A stretch of 64,000 nt of DNA from Bacillota bacterium (GCA_029781825.1 JAKOVY010000031.1:4297-68296); one strand, 5' to 3'. Shown: positions 18,692 to 29,143, counted from the stretch's first letter. The notes: generated by a model from the letters alone, not told the origin. Translations and numbers: made by a program.

Positions 18692-19977
18692 GCCACAAAA
18701 CAGCTCCGGTTGAGCTGCGCGAGAAGATCGCGCTGAGCGGGAAAGCCTTGGAGAGGTTTTATCAGGACATGAAGGAAGAACCGGCCCTGGAAGGGACGGT
18801 AGTACTTTCAACCTGCAACCGGGTAGAGTTTTATTCCACCACCAGGAACCTGGAAGAGGGCAAACAAGCTCTGAGGAACTTGGTTGCCCAGCGTTTGGAG
18901 GTGGATGATAAGTATCTGGATAAGGTACTTTATATGCCCAGCTGCCACCAGGCCATTGAACACCTGTTCAGGGTAGCCTCAGGGCTTGAATCAATGGTTT
19001 TGGGTGAGACCGAAATCCTCGGCCAGGTAAGGGATGCGTATGACCAGGCCAGGGAGCGCGGAGTCTCCAGCGGGGTGTTGAATACCTTGTTTCAGAAGGC
19101 TATAAGCGTCGGCAAGAGGGTGCGCACGGAAACCGGGCTGGATCGCAATGCGGTTTCCATAAGCTACGCGGCGGTCGAAAAAGCCAAACAGGTATTCGGC
19201 AGTCTGAAGGGACGCACCGTTTTGGTGGTAGGGGCAGGAAAAATGAGCGGTCTGGCCCTGGGATATCTGATGGATAACGGGGTATCAACGGTGGTGGTTT
19301 CCAATCGTTCCTACGACCGGGCCTTGGAACTCGCCGAAAAGGTCGGGGGAAAAGCGGTGCGACTGGACCGTCTGTATGAAGAACTGGAGAAGGCCGACAT
19401 TGTCATCAGTTGTACTGCTGCTTCTCATTATGTTATCCACCGGGAGGACCTGGAACCATGCCTTAAGAACCGCACCAGCGAACTGCTTTTGATCGATATT
19501 GCGGTTCCACGGGATATCGACCCCGCCATAGGCGGGCTACCGGGCGTTCATCTCTATGATATCGACGACTTAAATAACGTGGTGGAATCAAATCTCCTGG
19601 CCCGGCAGCGAGCCGCCCGCGAGGCTGAGAAAATCATTGCCGAGGAGATTGAGGAGTTTAATGATTGGCTGGCCACGCTTTCGGTGGTACCGGTTATTAA
19701 GGCCTTAAAGGCCAAGGGTGAGGAAATCCGCGAAACAGAAGTCCGCCGAGCTCTAAATCGGCTTGGAAATCTGACCCCGCGGGAAGAGAAGGTGATCAAC
19801 GCCCTGGCGTCCTCAATCGTCAACCAGCTCCTGCACTTTCCGGTGGTAAACTTGAAGGAGATGGCCGCCGGCGACCGGGGGCACCTTTATGCCGAAGTAG
19901 CCAAGAAACTGTTTCAATTGGAAATTGATTCAGAGGAGCATGCGGATGCGCAAAATCAGAATCGGAACCAGAGGTAG
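18667..19977 (+). CDS. hemA: Glutamyl-tRNA reductase
   Basis: Carries LLAGLSHKTAPVELREK, STCNRVEFY and GAGKM. Confidence 0.93.
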   Translation: MYILLAGLSHKTAPVELREKIALSGKALERFYQDMKEEPALEGTVVLSTCNRVEFYSTTRNLEEGKQALRNLVAQRLEVDDKYLDKVLYMPSCHQAIEHLFRVASGLESMVLGETEILGQVRDAYDQARERGVSSGVLNTLFQKAISVGKRVRTETGLDRNAVSISYAAVEKAKQVFGSLKGRTVLVVGAGKMSGLALGYLMDNGVSTVVVSNRSYDRALELAEKVGGKAVRLDRLYEELEKADIVISCTAASHYVIHREDLEPCLKNRTSELLLIDIAVPRDIDPAIGGLPGVHLYDIDDLNNVVESNLLARQRAAREAEKIIAEEIEEFNDWLATLSVVPVIKALKAKGEEIRETEVRRALNRLGNLTPREEKVINALASSIVNQLLHFPVVNLKEMAAGDRGHLYAEVAKKLFQLEIDSEEHADAQNQNRNQR

Positions 19978-20875
19978 CAAACTGGCACTCTGGCAGACAG
20001 ATTACGTGGTTGACAAACTGCTGGAACTTGATGAGCGCCTGGATATTGAAAAAGTGACGATTAAAACTACGGGGGACAAATTTTTGGACATGGCCCTTTC
20101 CAGGATTGGGGATAAGGGCCTGTTTACTAAGGAAATTGAAAAAGAACTACTTAAAGGCACTATTGATTTGGCTGTCCACAGCATGAAGGACATGCCTACC
20201 AGGATAACGGAAGGACTGGCTATTGGGGCGGTTCTGCCGCGGGAGAATCCGAAAGACGTGCTTCTGTCCCGGGAGGGTCAAAAGCTGGCGGCATTACCGG
20301 TTGGGGCTGCAGTAGGGACTTCCAGCCTCAGGCGTCGAGCCCAGCTGCTGGCGACGCGGCCTGATCTGAACATCGTGGATTTGCGCGGAAATATTGACAC
20401 CCGCATCAGACGGCTGCAGAACGGGGAACTTGATGCTATAGTCGTGGCTGCAGCCGGGGTGATCAGGTTGGGTTACGAAAGAATGGTCGCCGAGGAACTT
20501 GAATTCCTGCCTGCCGTTGGACAGGGAGCGATTGTGGTTGAAATTCGCGATGACGATCCGGATATCCGGGAATTGGTTGAGAAGCTTGACGACCGGAGCA
20601 CACGTTTGGCCATAACGGCGGAACGTGCATTCCTGGCCGTACTGGAGGGTGGTTGTCAGATCCCGGTAGGGTGTCTGGGCAGCGTTAAGGACGATCTTCT
20701 AACCCTAGAAGGTTTGGTATCCGACCTCGAGGGAAAGAGGGTGTTTCGCTCCCGTTTGTCGGGTCCCGCAGATGAGCCCGAGGAATTGGGCAGAAAGCTG
20801 GCTCGAGAGCTGATGAGCCAGGGGGCCGGAGCGGTACTGAAGCAGATTAGGAGTCAGGTGAGGGATAATGAGTAG
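19946..20875 (+). CDS. hemC: Porphobilinogen deaminase (hydroxymethylbilane synthase)
   Basis: Carries MRKIRIGTRGSKLALWQ. ATG 19946 lies 7 nt after GAGGAG; the upstream in-frame starts are too close to the RBS. Confidence 0.92.
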   Translation: MRKIRIGTRGSKLALWQTDYVVDKLLELDERLDIEKVTIKTTGDKFLDMALSRIGDKGLFTKEIEKELLKGTIDLAVHSMKDMPTRITEGLAIGAVLPRENPKDVLLSREGQKLAALPVGAAVGTSSLRRRAQLLATRPDLNIVDLRGNIDTRIRRLQNGELDAIVVAAAGVIRLGYERMVAEELEFLPAVGQGAIVVEIRDDDPDIRELVEKLDDRSTRLAITAERAFLAVLEGGCQIPVGCLGSVKDDLLTLEGLVSDLEGKRVFRSRLSGPADEPEELGRKLARELMSQGAGAVLKQIRSQVRDNE

Positions 20876-22394
20876 CACCGGCAAAGTATACCTGGTAGGA
20901 GCCGGACCGGGAGATCCCGGTCTGCTTACCGTTAGGGCCCAGGAGCTTATCCGCAGAGCCCAGGTTATCGTATATGATCGCTTGGTAGGGAAGAGGATTA
21001 TCGAACAGGCAAACCCTGACGCCGAGAAGATATATGTGGGGAAGGAGTCCAACCGCCATACGCTTCCCCAGGAGGAGATCAACCGCCTGCTGGTGACCAA
21101 AGCCCGAGAAGGCAGGGTGGTGGTAAGGCTGAAGGGCGGAGACCCCTTCCTGTTCGGGAGGGGGGGCGAAGAAGCAGAGTACCTGAAACGGAACGGGGTG
21201 GAGGTTGAGATCGTACCGGGTGTAACCTCGGCGATTGCCGCCCCGGCCTACGCCGGCATACCGGTAACCCATCGCGATTACAACTCCACCCTGACGATTA
21301 TCACCGGCCATGAACGGGCAGATAAACTGGCGAATTCGGTTCCCTGGAATGAGGTGGCGGCGGGGAATGGGACGCTGGTTTTCCTGATGGGGATGGAAAA
21401 CCTCCCATTTATTGTGGAGAGGCTGCTGGCAGGGGGGCGTTTGCCCGATACACCGGTGGCTTTGGTGCGCTGGGGAACCCTGCCTCAACAGGAGGTTCTG
21501 GAGGCTACCCTGGAAGATGTGGTTGAAAAGGTCCAAACCAGCGGGTTCCGGCCGCCGGCGGTAATAGTGGTCGGGGAAGTAGTGAGGCTGAGGCAGGAAC
21601 TGGCGTGGTTTGACAGGCGGCCATTGTTTGGCAAAAAGGTAATTGTGACCCGGGCCCGGGCTCAAGCCAGCAGGTTGGTCACCGCGCTGGAGGAACTGGG
21701 GGCCTGGGTTCTGGAACTGCCGACCATTGCCATTAATCCTCTGCCGGTTGCGAATCTGCGAACGATAGTATCCGGTATCGATAGTTACTCCTGGATTGTT
21801 TTTACCAGTGTCAACGGGGTAAAGGTATTTATATCCCGGATGTTGGAACACGGGTTTGACATACGAGACCTTAAAGGCCCTCGGGTCTGCGCCATTGGAC
21901 CGGCAACTGCTGCGGAGGTCCGGTCATTGGGAATGCGGGTATCAGCGGTTCCTGAGGAATACCGAGCCGAGGCGGTGGCCGAAATCCTTCTGAGGCATGC
22001 GGGGGCGGGCGACCGGATCCTGCTTCCCCGAGCTCGGGGAGCCCGGGAGATTCTCCCCCGACTGCTGAGGGCAAAGGGAGTCATTGTCGACGAACTGGAG
22101 ATATATGAAGCGGTTCCCGAAACGAGGCTTGATGAGGAAAATCGTGAGTTGCTGAAAGAGGGGCTGGTAGATATCATAACTTTTACCAGCAGTTCCACGG
22201 TTAAAAACCTGGTAGCCATCATGGGGGAAGAAATGGTAAAGACCTTGCGGGGCAAGGTCCGGGTTGCCTGTATTGGTCCGGTCACAGCACAAACCGCCCG
22301 GGATGCGGGGTTCGGTGTTGATGTGGTAGCAAGGGAATATACCATTGACGGGCTGGTGCAGGCAATAATTGAAGCTTGTACCGGGGCGAAATAA
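20868..22394 (+). CDS. Fused uroporphyrinogen-III C-methyltransferase / uroporphyrinogen-III synthase
   Basis: The N-terminal half has the SUMT motifs (VYLVGAGPGDPGLLT, LKGGDPFLFGRGGEE). The C-terminal half is HemD-like (about 250 aa). Confidence 0.9.
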   Translation: MSSTGKVYLVGAGPGDPGLLTVRAQELIRRAQVIVYDRLVGKRIIEQANPDAEKIYVGKESNRHTLPQEEINRLLVTKAREGRVVVRLKGGDPFLFGRGGEEAEYLKRNGVEVEIVPGVTSAIAAPAYAGIPVTHRDYNSTLTIITGHERADKLANSVPWNEVAAGNGTLVFLMGMENLPFIVERLLAGGRLPDTPVALVRWGTLPQQEVLEATLEDVVEKVQTSGFRPPAVIVVGEVVRLRQELAWFDRRPLFGKKVIVTRARAQASRLVTALEELGAWVLELPTIAINPLPVANLRTIVSGIDSYSWIVFTSVNGVKVFISRMLEHGFDIRDLKGPRVCAIGPATAAEVRSLGMRVSAVPEEYRAEAVAEILLRHAGAGDRILLPRARGAREILPRLLRAKGVIVDELEIYEAVPETRLDEENRELLKEGLVDIITFTSSSTVKNLVAIMGEEMVKTLRGKVRVACIGPVTAQTARDAGFGVDVVAREYTIDGLVQAIIEACTGAK

Positions 22395-22431
22395 GATGTA
22401 ACCTAAAGGCTGCAAAAGGGGGGAGAGAAAA

Positions 22432-23616
22432 TTGATTGGGTGCACGAAATTGCTTTGTGGAACCGCCACGGTTTCCGAAGTGATCAAACACCAGGCGGGG
22501 GGAGAGGTGCCGGCTTCGCTTCTGCAATTCAGCGAGATCAACCGGCCCCTGGTGGTATGGAACACCACCAACCGCTGCAATCTTCGCTGCCAGCACTGCT
22601 ATATCGAGGCTGAGGATGATATATACCGACACGAACTGACTACGGAGGAAGCGGAGCGCTTTATTGAAGATTTGGCCCGGATGCGGGTTCCCGTCCTTCT
22701 GTTCTCCGGAGGCGAGCCTCTCCTGCGGCCTGATATCATGAAACTGGGAAGGCTGGCGTACCGCAGCGGCTTAAGACCGGTCCTGTCAACCAACGGAACG
22801 CTGATAACCCGAGACGTGGCCAGAGAGATTAAGGAAGCGGGCTTTCAGTATGTCGGAATCAGCATTGACGGTTTGCCCGCCACCCATGATCGGTTTCGCC
22901 GCAAAGAAGGGGCTTTTGAACAGGCCATTAGAGGTATTAAGGCCTGCAGGGACGAGAACATCAAGGCCGGAATCAGGTTTACGGTTCACCGTGCCAATCA
23001 GGCCGATCTGCCCGGTATACTGGACATTGTGGAACAGGAGGGAATACCGCGGTTCTGCATGTACCATCTCGTTTATGCCGGACGGGGCAAGTATATGATG
23101 GAGCTCGATACTGACAGAGAGGAGAAGCTGCGGATCCTTGATCTTTTGATAGATAAAACACTTGATTTCCACCAGCGCGGGATTGAAGTGGAAATCCTTA
23201 CTACGGATAATCATGCCGACGGCATATACATGTATAACCGGATTAAAGAGATGGCACCGGAGCGCGCCGATGAGGTGGTTAAACTCCTGCAGATGCACGG
23301 CGGATGCTCGGCGGGGACGAAATTCGCCAACGTGGATCCTCGCGGCAATGTGCACCCATGTCAGTTCTGGCAGGATTATACGGTGGGCAATGTAAAGGAA
23401 ACCCCGTTCAGCCAGATCTGGAACAGCAATGACCCCTTGATGGTAATGCTCCGGGAGAAGTCAAAACATTTAAAAGGGCGCTGCCGGAACTGCGCCTTCA
23501 ATAACCTGTGTGGAGGATGCCGGATTCGCGCCCGTGCAGCCTACGGCGATATCTGGGCAGAAGATCCGGCCTGTTACCTGAGTGACGATGAAATTAGAGA
23601 AGGGATGGTGTCATAA
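22432..23616 (+). CDS. NirJ-like radical SAM/SPASM enzyme of the alternative heme pathway (AhbC or AhbD type)
   Basis: Carries the radical SAM motif CNLRCQHCY and a C-terminal SPASM Cys cluster (CRNCAFNNLCGGCRIRA). It lies inside the hem cluster. Confidence 0.75.
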   Translation: MIGCTKLLCGTATVSEVIKHQAGGEVPASLLQFSEINRPLVVWNTTNRCNLRCQHCYIEAEDDIYRHELTTEEAERFIEDLARMRVPVLLFSGGEPLLRPDIMKLGRLAYRSGLRPVLSTNGTLITRDVAREIKEAGFQYVGISIDGLPATHDRFRRKEGAFEQAIRGIKACRDENIKAGIRFTVHRANQADLPGILDIVEQEGIPRFCMYHLVYAGRGKYMMELDTDREEKLRILDLLIDKTLDFHQRGIEVEILTTDNHADGIYMYNRIKEMAPERADEVVKLLQMHGGCSAGTKFANVDPRGNVHPCQFWQDYTVGNVKETPFSQIWNSNDPLMVMLREKSKHLKGRCRNCAFNNLCGGCRIRARAAYGDIWAEDPACYLSDDEIREGMVS

Positions 23617-24587
23617 TGGGTTATCCGGTAATAAGAATGAGGCGGATGCGTGCCAGTGAAGGACTGCGCAGGATGGTACGGGAGACTCGCGTTCTACCTC
23701 AAGACTTGATTTACCCCCTGTTTATTGTAGCGGGATCGGGAGTAGAAGAACCGGTAGGATCGATGCCCGGGGTAACTCGTTATTCGCCCGATCGTCTGCC
23801 GCAGGTGGTGCGGGAGGTACACAATTTGGGAATATCCGGCGTTTTGCTGTTTGGTATTCCGGAATACAAAGATCACATGGGATCTTCCGCTCATGACGAC
23901 AACGGACCGGTTCAGCAGGCGATAAAGATTATTAAAGACACCACTCCTGAACTGGTGGTCATCACCGACGTGTGTATGTGTGAGTACACCAGCCATGGCC
24001 ACTGCGGGTATCTGACCGATGACGGCCGGATCGATAATGACCGCAGCCTGGAGATGCTGGCGCAGGAAGCATTGTCTCACGCCAAAGCGGGATGTGATAT
24101 GGTGGCTCCCTCGGATATGATGGACGGCAGGATCGGCTATATCCGGAATGCGCTTGACCAGGCGGGGTTTGACCATATACCCATCATGTCCTATGCCGCC
24201 AAGTATGCGTCGGCATTTTACGGACCGTTTCGCGAGGCGGCGGAATCAGCCCCCCAATCGGGCGATCGAAAATCATATCAGATGGACCCGCCCAATGTCA
24301 GAGAGGCTCTGCGGGAAGTGGAACTTGATATTGCCGAGGGCGCGGATCTGGTTATGGTTAAGCCGGCCATGGCTTATATGGACGTAATCCGGGCGGTCAG
24401 AGAGCGATTTGATGTACCCCTGGCGGCGTACAATGTGAGCGGTGAGTATTCCATGATTAAGGCCGCCGCAGAGCGGGGTTGGATTGATGAGGAACGTATT
24501 GTCAAGGAGGTACTGACCGGGATTAAGCGGGCCGGGGCCGATATCATAATTACCTACTTTGCCCTTGAATATGCCAGTCTCCTTTAA
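23616..24587 (+). CDS. hemB: Porphobilinogen synthase (delta-aminolevulinate dehydratase)
   Basis: Carries the zinc site DVCMCEYTSHGHCG and has full-length HemB similarity. Confidence 0.93.
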   Translation: MGYPVIRMRRMRASEGLRRMVRETRVLPQDLIYPLFIVAGSGVEEPVGSMPGVTRYSPDRLPQVVREVHNLGISGVLLFGIPEYKDHMGSSAHDDNGPVQQAIKIIKDTTPELVVITDVCMCEYTSHGHCGYLTDDGRIDNDRSLEMLAQEALSHAKAGCDMVAPSDMMDGRIGYIRNALDQAGFDHIPIMSYAAKYASAFYGPFREAAESAPQSGDRKSYQMDPPNVREALREVELDIAEGADLVMVKPAMAYMDVIRAVRERFDVPLAAYNVSGEYSMIKAAAERGWIDEERIVKEVLTGIKRAGADIIITYFALEYASLL

Positions 24588-24666
24588 AGGCGTAAAGCCG
24601 CATTATCAGCATAATTACGGACATCACCGGACGGCGCATTATCCGGTCTAGTTGGGGAGGACTGCC

Positions 24667-25683
24667 ATGCTGGTTTCTTGGAACACAACCAACCAATGCA
24701 ACATGTTTTGTGATCACTGTTACCGGGATGCAGGGGTCAAGCTGGAGGATGAGCTGACCACTTCGCAGGGGAAAACCTTGATTGACCAGATCAAGGAGGC
24801 CGGCTTCCAAATGTTGATTATGAGCGGAGGCGAGCCCCTGATGCGTCCCGATATATTCGAGTTGTGTGCTCATGCCGTTTCCCGGGGATTGAGGACGGTG
24901 ATGGGCACAAATGGTACCTTGATTACTCCGCAGGTGGCGGAGGAACTGCGGCGCACCGGGGTGGCCGCATGTGCCGTCAGCCTTGACAGCATTGTAGCCT
25001 CCGAACATGATGCCTTCCGCAAGCTTGAAGGTGCCTACGATTTGGCTCTTCAGGGCATGGCCAACCTGAAAAAAGCCGGAATACCATTCCAGGTCAATAC
25101 CACGGTGATGGACTGGAACGTCATGCATTTGGACGCCCTGACCGACAAGGCCATTGAGCTGGGGGCCAGAGCTCATCACCTGTTCTTTTTGATACCCACC
25201 GGACGGGCGGCCAGTATTGAACAAGAAGCCCTGCGGGTCAGGGAATACGAACGGATCCTCCATCGCATCATGGAAAAGCAGAAGCGGGTGAACATTGAAA
25301 TCAAACCCACCTGCGCACCGCAGTTTGTCAGAGTCGCAGATGCCAAAGGCATACCTATTCGATTTTCCAGAGGCTGCCTGGCGGGAATTTCCTATTGCAT
25401 TATCAGCCCTACCGGGAATGTGCAGCCTTGCGCTTACCTGGATATGCATCTGGGGAATGTAAAGCAGGAGTCATTTGCGGATATTTGGCGGCAGAACCCT
25501 GTGTTCGGAGATCTCCGCTCCGGGCAGTACGGCGGAAAATGCGGGCATTGTGAATACACGGAACGCTGTGGGGGATGTCGGGCTCGGGCCTATTATTACA
25601 ACGGCGGTGATTACATGGCGCAGGACGACTGGTGCCTCTACAAGCCGAAAGGGTTGGTCTCACATGGATCGGATAGATATTAA
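24667..25683 (+). CDS. Second NirJ-like radical SAM/SPASM enzyme (AhbC or AhbD type)
   Basis: Carries the CNMFCDHCY motif and a C-terminal CGHCEYTERCGGCRARA. ATG 24667 follows GGGGAGGA. Confidence 0.75.
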   Translation: MLVSWNTTNQCNMFCDHCYRDAGVKLEDELTTSQGKTLIDQIKEAGFQMLIMSGGEPLMRPDIFELCAHAVSRGLRTVMGTNGTLITPQVAEELRRTGVAACAVSLDSIVASEHDAFRKLEGAYDLALQGMANLKKAGIPFQVNTTVMDWNVMHLDALTDKAIELGARAHHLFFLIPTGRAASIEQEALRVREYERILHRIMEKQKRVNIEIKPTCAPQFVRVADAKGIPIRFSRGCLAGISYCIISPTGNVQPCAYLDMHLGNVKQESFADIWRQNPVFGDLRSGQYGGKCGHCEYTERCGGCRARAYYYNGGDYMAQDDWCLYKPKGLVSHGSDRY

Positions 25684-26119
25684 GATACTGAACTACCTGC
25701 AGGAAGGAATAACCTTAAGCCCTCGCCCGTTCCTGGATATGGCGCGGGAACTTGGGATTTCCGAGGAAACAATACTGGCCAGGATTGAAGCATTGCGCAA
25801 TCGAGGTCTTATCCGCCGCTTGGGCGGGGTATTTGATTCGCCCCGAATGGGGATGAAATCAACTCTCTGCGCGATGGAGGTCCCGGAAGCGAGGATTGAG
25901 GAGGTGGCGCAGAAGGTGAATAGCTACCGCGAGGTGACTCACAACTACCTGCGCGATGACCTCTATAATATGTGGTTTACGGTGACGGCTTCTTCCCGGG
26001 AGGACCTGGAACGAATACTGCAGGAGATAGAGTACGGCACCGGCATCGCGGTTATCAGTATGCCGGTTCGGCAGAGATACAAGATCAAGGTGGCTTTTGC
26101 GTTAGATGAACAGACGTGA
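25664..26119 (+). CDS. Siroheme decarboxylase subunit (AhbA/AhbB, NirD/L/G/H-like Lrp/AsnC fold)
   Basis: 151 aa with an N-terminal HTH (DIKILNYLQEGITLSPRPFLDMARELGISE). It is paired with a paralog downstream. Confidence 0.75.
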   Translation: MDRIDIKILNYLQEGITLSPRPFLDMARELGISEETILARIEALRNRGLIRRLGGVFDSPRMGMKSTLCAMEVPEARIEEVAQKVNSYREVTHNYLRDDLYNMWFTVTASSREDLERILQEIEYGTGIAVISMPVRQRYKIKVAFALDEQT

Positions 26120-26573
26120 TATTATCGACCGAGTTATCAAAGAGTTACAGGGTGACCTGCCCGCGGTTCCCCGTCCCTACCTGCTGGTGGCGGAGAGGAC
26201 GGGCGTATCCGAAGAGGAGGTTATTTCTGTTTTGAACGGGCTCCGGGAAAAAGGCATGCTGAAACGCGTGGGTGCGGTTCTCCGACACCAGAAGGTGGGT
26301 TATGATGCCAATGCCATGGTGGTGTGGAAAGTGGCGGAGGAGGATATGGACCGGGTGGGCAACCTCATGGCCGCCTCTCCTCAGGTAAGCCACTGCTACT
26401 GGCGCGAGACCCCGGCCGGATGGCCATATAATCTCTTTACCATGGTACATGCCCGCAGCCGCGAGGAACTCCAAGCGGTAATTATGGAGCTTTCCCGCCT
26501 GTCGGGTATCGACGAGTACAGGGTGATTGAAAGCGTTAGAGAGCTGAAAAAAACAAGTGTACAATACCGCTGA
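26106..26573 (+). CDS. Siroheme decarboxylase subunit (AhbA/AhbB paralog)
   Basis: 155-aa paralog of the previous ORF (LQGDLPAVPRPYLLVAERTGVSEEEV), overlapping it by 14 nt. Confidence 0.75.
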   Translation: MNRRDIIDRVIKELQGDLPAVPRPYLLVAERTGVSEEEVISVLNGLREKGMLKRVGAVLRHQKVGYDANAMVVWKVAEEDMDRVGNLMAASPQVSHCYWRETPAGWPYNLFTMVHARSREELQAVIMELSRLSGIDEYRVIESVRELKKTSVQYR

Positions 26574-26748
26574 CCTGTCCAGCCAGAAGCGGTGCAGCCC
26601 GGAAGGTTTTGCCGCCACTGCCGCCATCAAAATACCCTGATTATGGTTAAACTAAATCAAGCCTTCCCAGAGAACGGCCGCTTCCATGGGCGGTTTCAAG
26701 ATTTGCAAACATGGTCGACTGCTATCATGTATTTTGGGAGGTAGGAAA

Positions 26749-28035
26749 TTGAAGTTCGCAAGGTCAGGCAGTTTATTCGAGAAGGCCAAGACGGTTATCC
26801 CCGGGGGAGTTAACAGCCCCGTAAGGGCCTTTAAATCGGTGGGTATGGAGCCGCTTTTCATCACCCGTGGCCAGGGAGCTCGCATCTTTGATGCTGACGA
26901 CAACGAGTTTATTGATTATGTCGGCTCTTGGGGACCCCTGATTCTGGGGCACAGCCATCCTCAGGTGGTGGAAGCCATACAGACTGCGGCCCAAATGGGA
27001 ACAAGCTACGGCGCCCCGCATCAAGGTGAAGTGGAATTGGCGGAGATGATCTGCCAGGCCATACCCTCAATAGACATGGTGCGGTTGGTTAATTCGGGTA
27101 CCGAGGCCACCATGAGCGCCATCAGGCTGGCCCGAGCGTTTACCCGTCGGGATAAGATTGTAAAGTTCGCCGGGTGTTACCACGGACACGCAGATTCATT
27201 CCTCATCCAGGCCGGTTCCGGACTGCTTACGGGCGGAGTTCCCACCAGTCCCGGTGTGCCGGCGGATATCATCGGCAAAACCATTGTCTGTCGCTATAAT
27301 GACCTGGATTCGGTGAAAACGGCATTTGAGCAGATGGGGACCGAGATTGCTGCGGTTATTCTGGAACCGATGGCCGGAAACATTGGGTTGGTGCTGCCTG
27401 ATGTTGAGTTCCTTCATGGTCTCCGCGAGCTGACTGCCGGTCATGGAGCCCTCCTGATATTTGATGAGGTTATAACAGGATTTCGGGTTACTTATGGAGG
27501 TCTGCAGAATCTTTTGGGGATTGAACCGGATTTGACCTGCCTGGGCAAGATCATAGGCGGCGGTTTGCCGGTAGGTGCCTATGGAGGCCGGTACGATATA
27601 ATGAGAATGATGGCCCCGGAAGGTCCGGTTTACCAGGCCGGTACGTTATCCGGAAACCCTCTGGCAGTAGCGGCGGGGATAGCTACCCTGAAGATCCTGA
27701 AAGCAGGGGATATTTATGATGATCTGGAGACCAAGACCTATGTTCTGGAAACCAAACTGCGGACGGTTTTTGCGGAGACCGGATTGGCAGTGGCCATTAA
27801 CCGATACGGTTCAATGTTCAGCATCTTCTTTACCGACAAAGATGTGACCGATTATGAAAGCGCTCTTACTGCCGACACTGGGATGTACGCGCGTTTCTTT
27901 TCCGGTATGCTGGAGCGGGGTATCTATTTGCCGCCTTCCCAATTCGAAACCTGTTTTGTTTCTGCGGCTCACGAAATGGAGGATATCGATCGGACCGCCG
28001 ACGCGGTACGGCAGGTTATCGAAGCAATGGCCTAG
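26749..28035 (+). CDS. hemL: Glutamate-1-semialdehyde 2,1-aminomutase
   Basis: Carries [21 protein letters not shown] and a PLP-enzyme core. TTG 26749 follows GGGAGGTAGG; the longer ORF from 26686 adds an atypical N-terminus. Confidence 0.92.
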   Translation: MKFARSGSLFEKAKTVIPGGVNSPVRAFKSVGMEPLFITRGQGARIFDADDNEFIDYVGSWGPLILGHSHPQVVEAIQTAAQMGTSYGAPHQGEVELAEMICQAIPSIDMVRLVNSGTEATMSAIRLARAFTRRDKIVKFAGCYHGHADSFLIQAGSGLLTGGVPTSPGVPADIIGKTIVCRYNDLDSVKTAFEQMGTEIAAVILEPMAGNIGLVLPDVEFLHGLRELTAGHGALLIFDEVITGFRVTYGGLQNLLGIEPDLTCLGKIIGGGLPVGAYGGRYDIMRMMAPEGPVYQAGTLSGNPLAVAAGIATLKILKAGDIYDDLETKTYVLETKLRTVFAETGLAVAINRYGSMFSIFFTDKDVTDYESALTADTGMYARFFSGMLERGIYLPPSQFETCFVSAAHEMEDIDRTADAVRQVIEAMA

Positions 28036-28046
28036 GAGGGTATTTT

Positions 28047-28823
28047 GTGGAGAATTGGAGTTGGGAGTGGTTTGTTAAAAAGTTTTTTCAGAAAAGCGGC
28101 ATTGATCTGCATTCCTACAAGCGGCCGCAAATGGAACGGCGTATTAACAGCTTCATGAGGACTGTAGGGGCTGCCAATTATGCCGAGTTGATTAAGTTGT
28201 TTGAAGAAAACCCCGAGGTACACCGGCGCTTTGTCGAGCATCTGACCATAAATGTGTCGGAGTTTTTCCGCAATGCGAATCACTGGGAGGTATTGCAGCA
28301 TCAGATAATACCTGAACTGATAAAGCGGAGAACCCCCTTAAAAATCTGGAGTGCCGGCTGTTCCACCGGTGAAGAGCCGTATTCTCTGGCCATTATGATG
28401 CAGGAGTATTTTCCCGGTCACGTGCAACGCATATGGGCAACCGATCTGGATCAGGTGGTGTTGAACAAGGCAAAGAATGGCGTTTACAGTGAGAAGGCGG
28501 TCCAGGGAGTCCCGGCTCACCTGTTAAAGAAGTACTTTTCCCATGATTCAGATTATCAGATTGTGGAAAGTATTAAACAGATGGTGAAATTCGAAAAACA
28601 CGATCTGTTGAAGGACAGGTTCCCGGGTGATTTCGACCTGATTCTATGCCGCAATGTAGCCATCTATTTTACTGAAGAAGCCAAGGAGAGACTTTTCTAC
28701 AAGTTTGCACAGGCTTTGGCCAAAGACGGGGTTTTGTTTATTGGCAGTACGGAACAGATATTCCAGGCACGTGAACTCAATTTGAAGTCTATAGCCACTT
28801 TCTTTTATCAGAAGACCGGTTAG
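28047..28823 (+). CDS. cheR: CheR-type protein-glutamate O-methyltransferase (orphan)
   Basis: Carries LTINVSEFFRN and the SAM motif IWSAGCSTGEEPYSLAI. GTG start after AGGAGGG. Confidence 0.85.
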   Translation: MENWSWEWFVKKFFQKSGIDLHSYKRPQMERRINSFMRTVGAANYAELIKLFEENPEVHRRFVEHLTINVSEFFRNANHWEVLQHQIIPELIKRRTPLKIWSAGCSTGEEPYSLAIMMQEYFPGHVQRIWATDLDQVVLNKAKNGVYSEKAVQGVPAHLLKKYFSHDSDYQIVESIKQMVKFEKHDLLKDRFPGDFDLILCRNVAIYFTEEAKERLFYKFAQALAKDGVLFIGSTEQIFQARELNLKSIATFFYQKTG

Positions 28824-29143
28824 CAGAAAAAAGGCCCGGGAGAGAAATCTGAAATTTTTGAAAAGAGCGAATTAGACCTTCGGAACTGAAAAAAGAAGGA
28901 ATAAGACCATTCTTATAGAAGATTTAATGTTGAATGCTCGCGTGCCCGCACGCGAGATGCCTGGAGTTAATGCGTTTTTACAATGTTTTAAATTGGAATT
29001 CTTGGTTAGGATAGCTAAATTGCCCAAGCCAGGACGATTTTTATATTTTTACTGGAGGTGGTATTAGCAACCGTTTTTCCGGATTCTGGGGTAAGGGGTA
29101 TTTAGGTAACATTGCGAAAGACTGAGAAAAGGAGGAAAGGACT

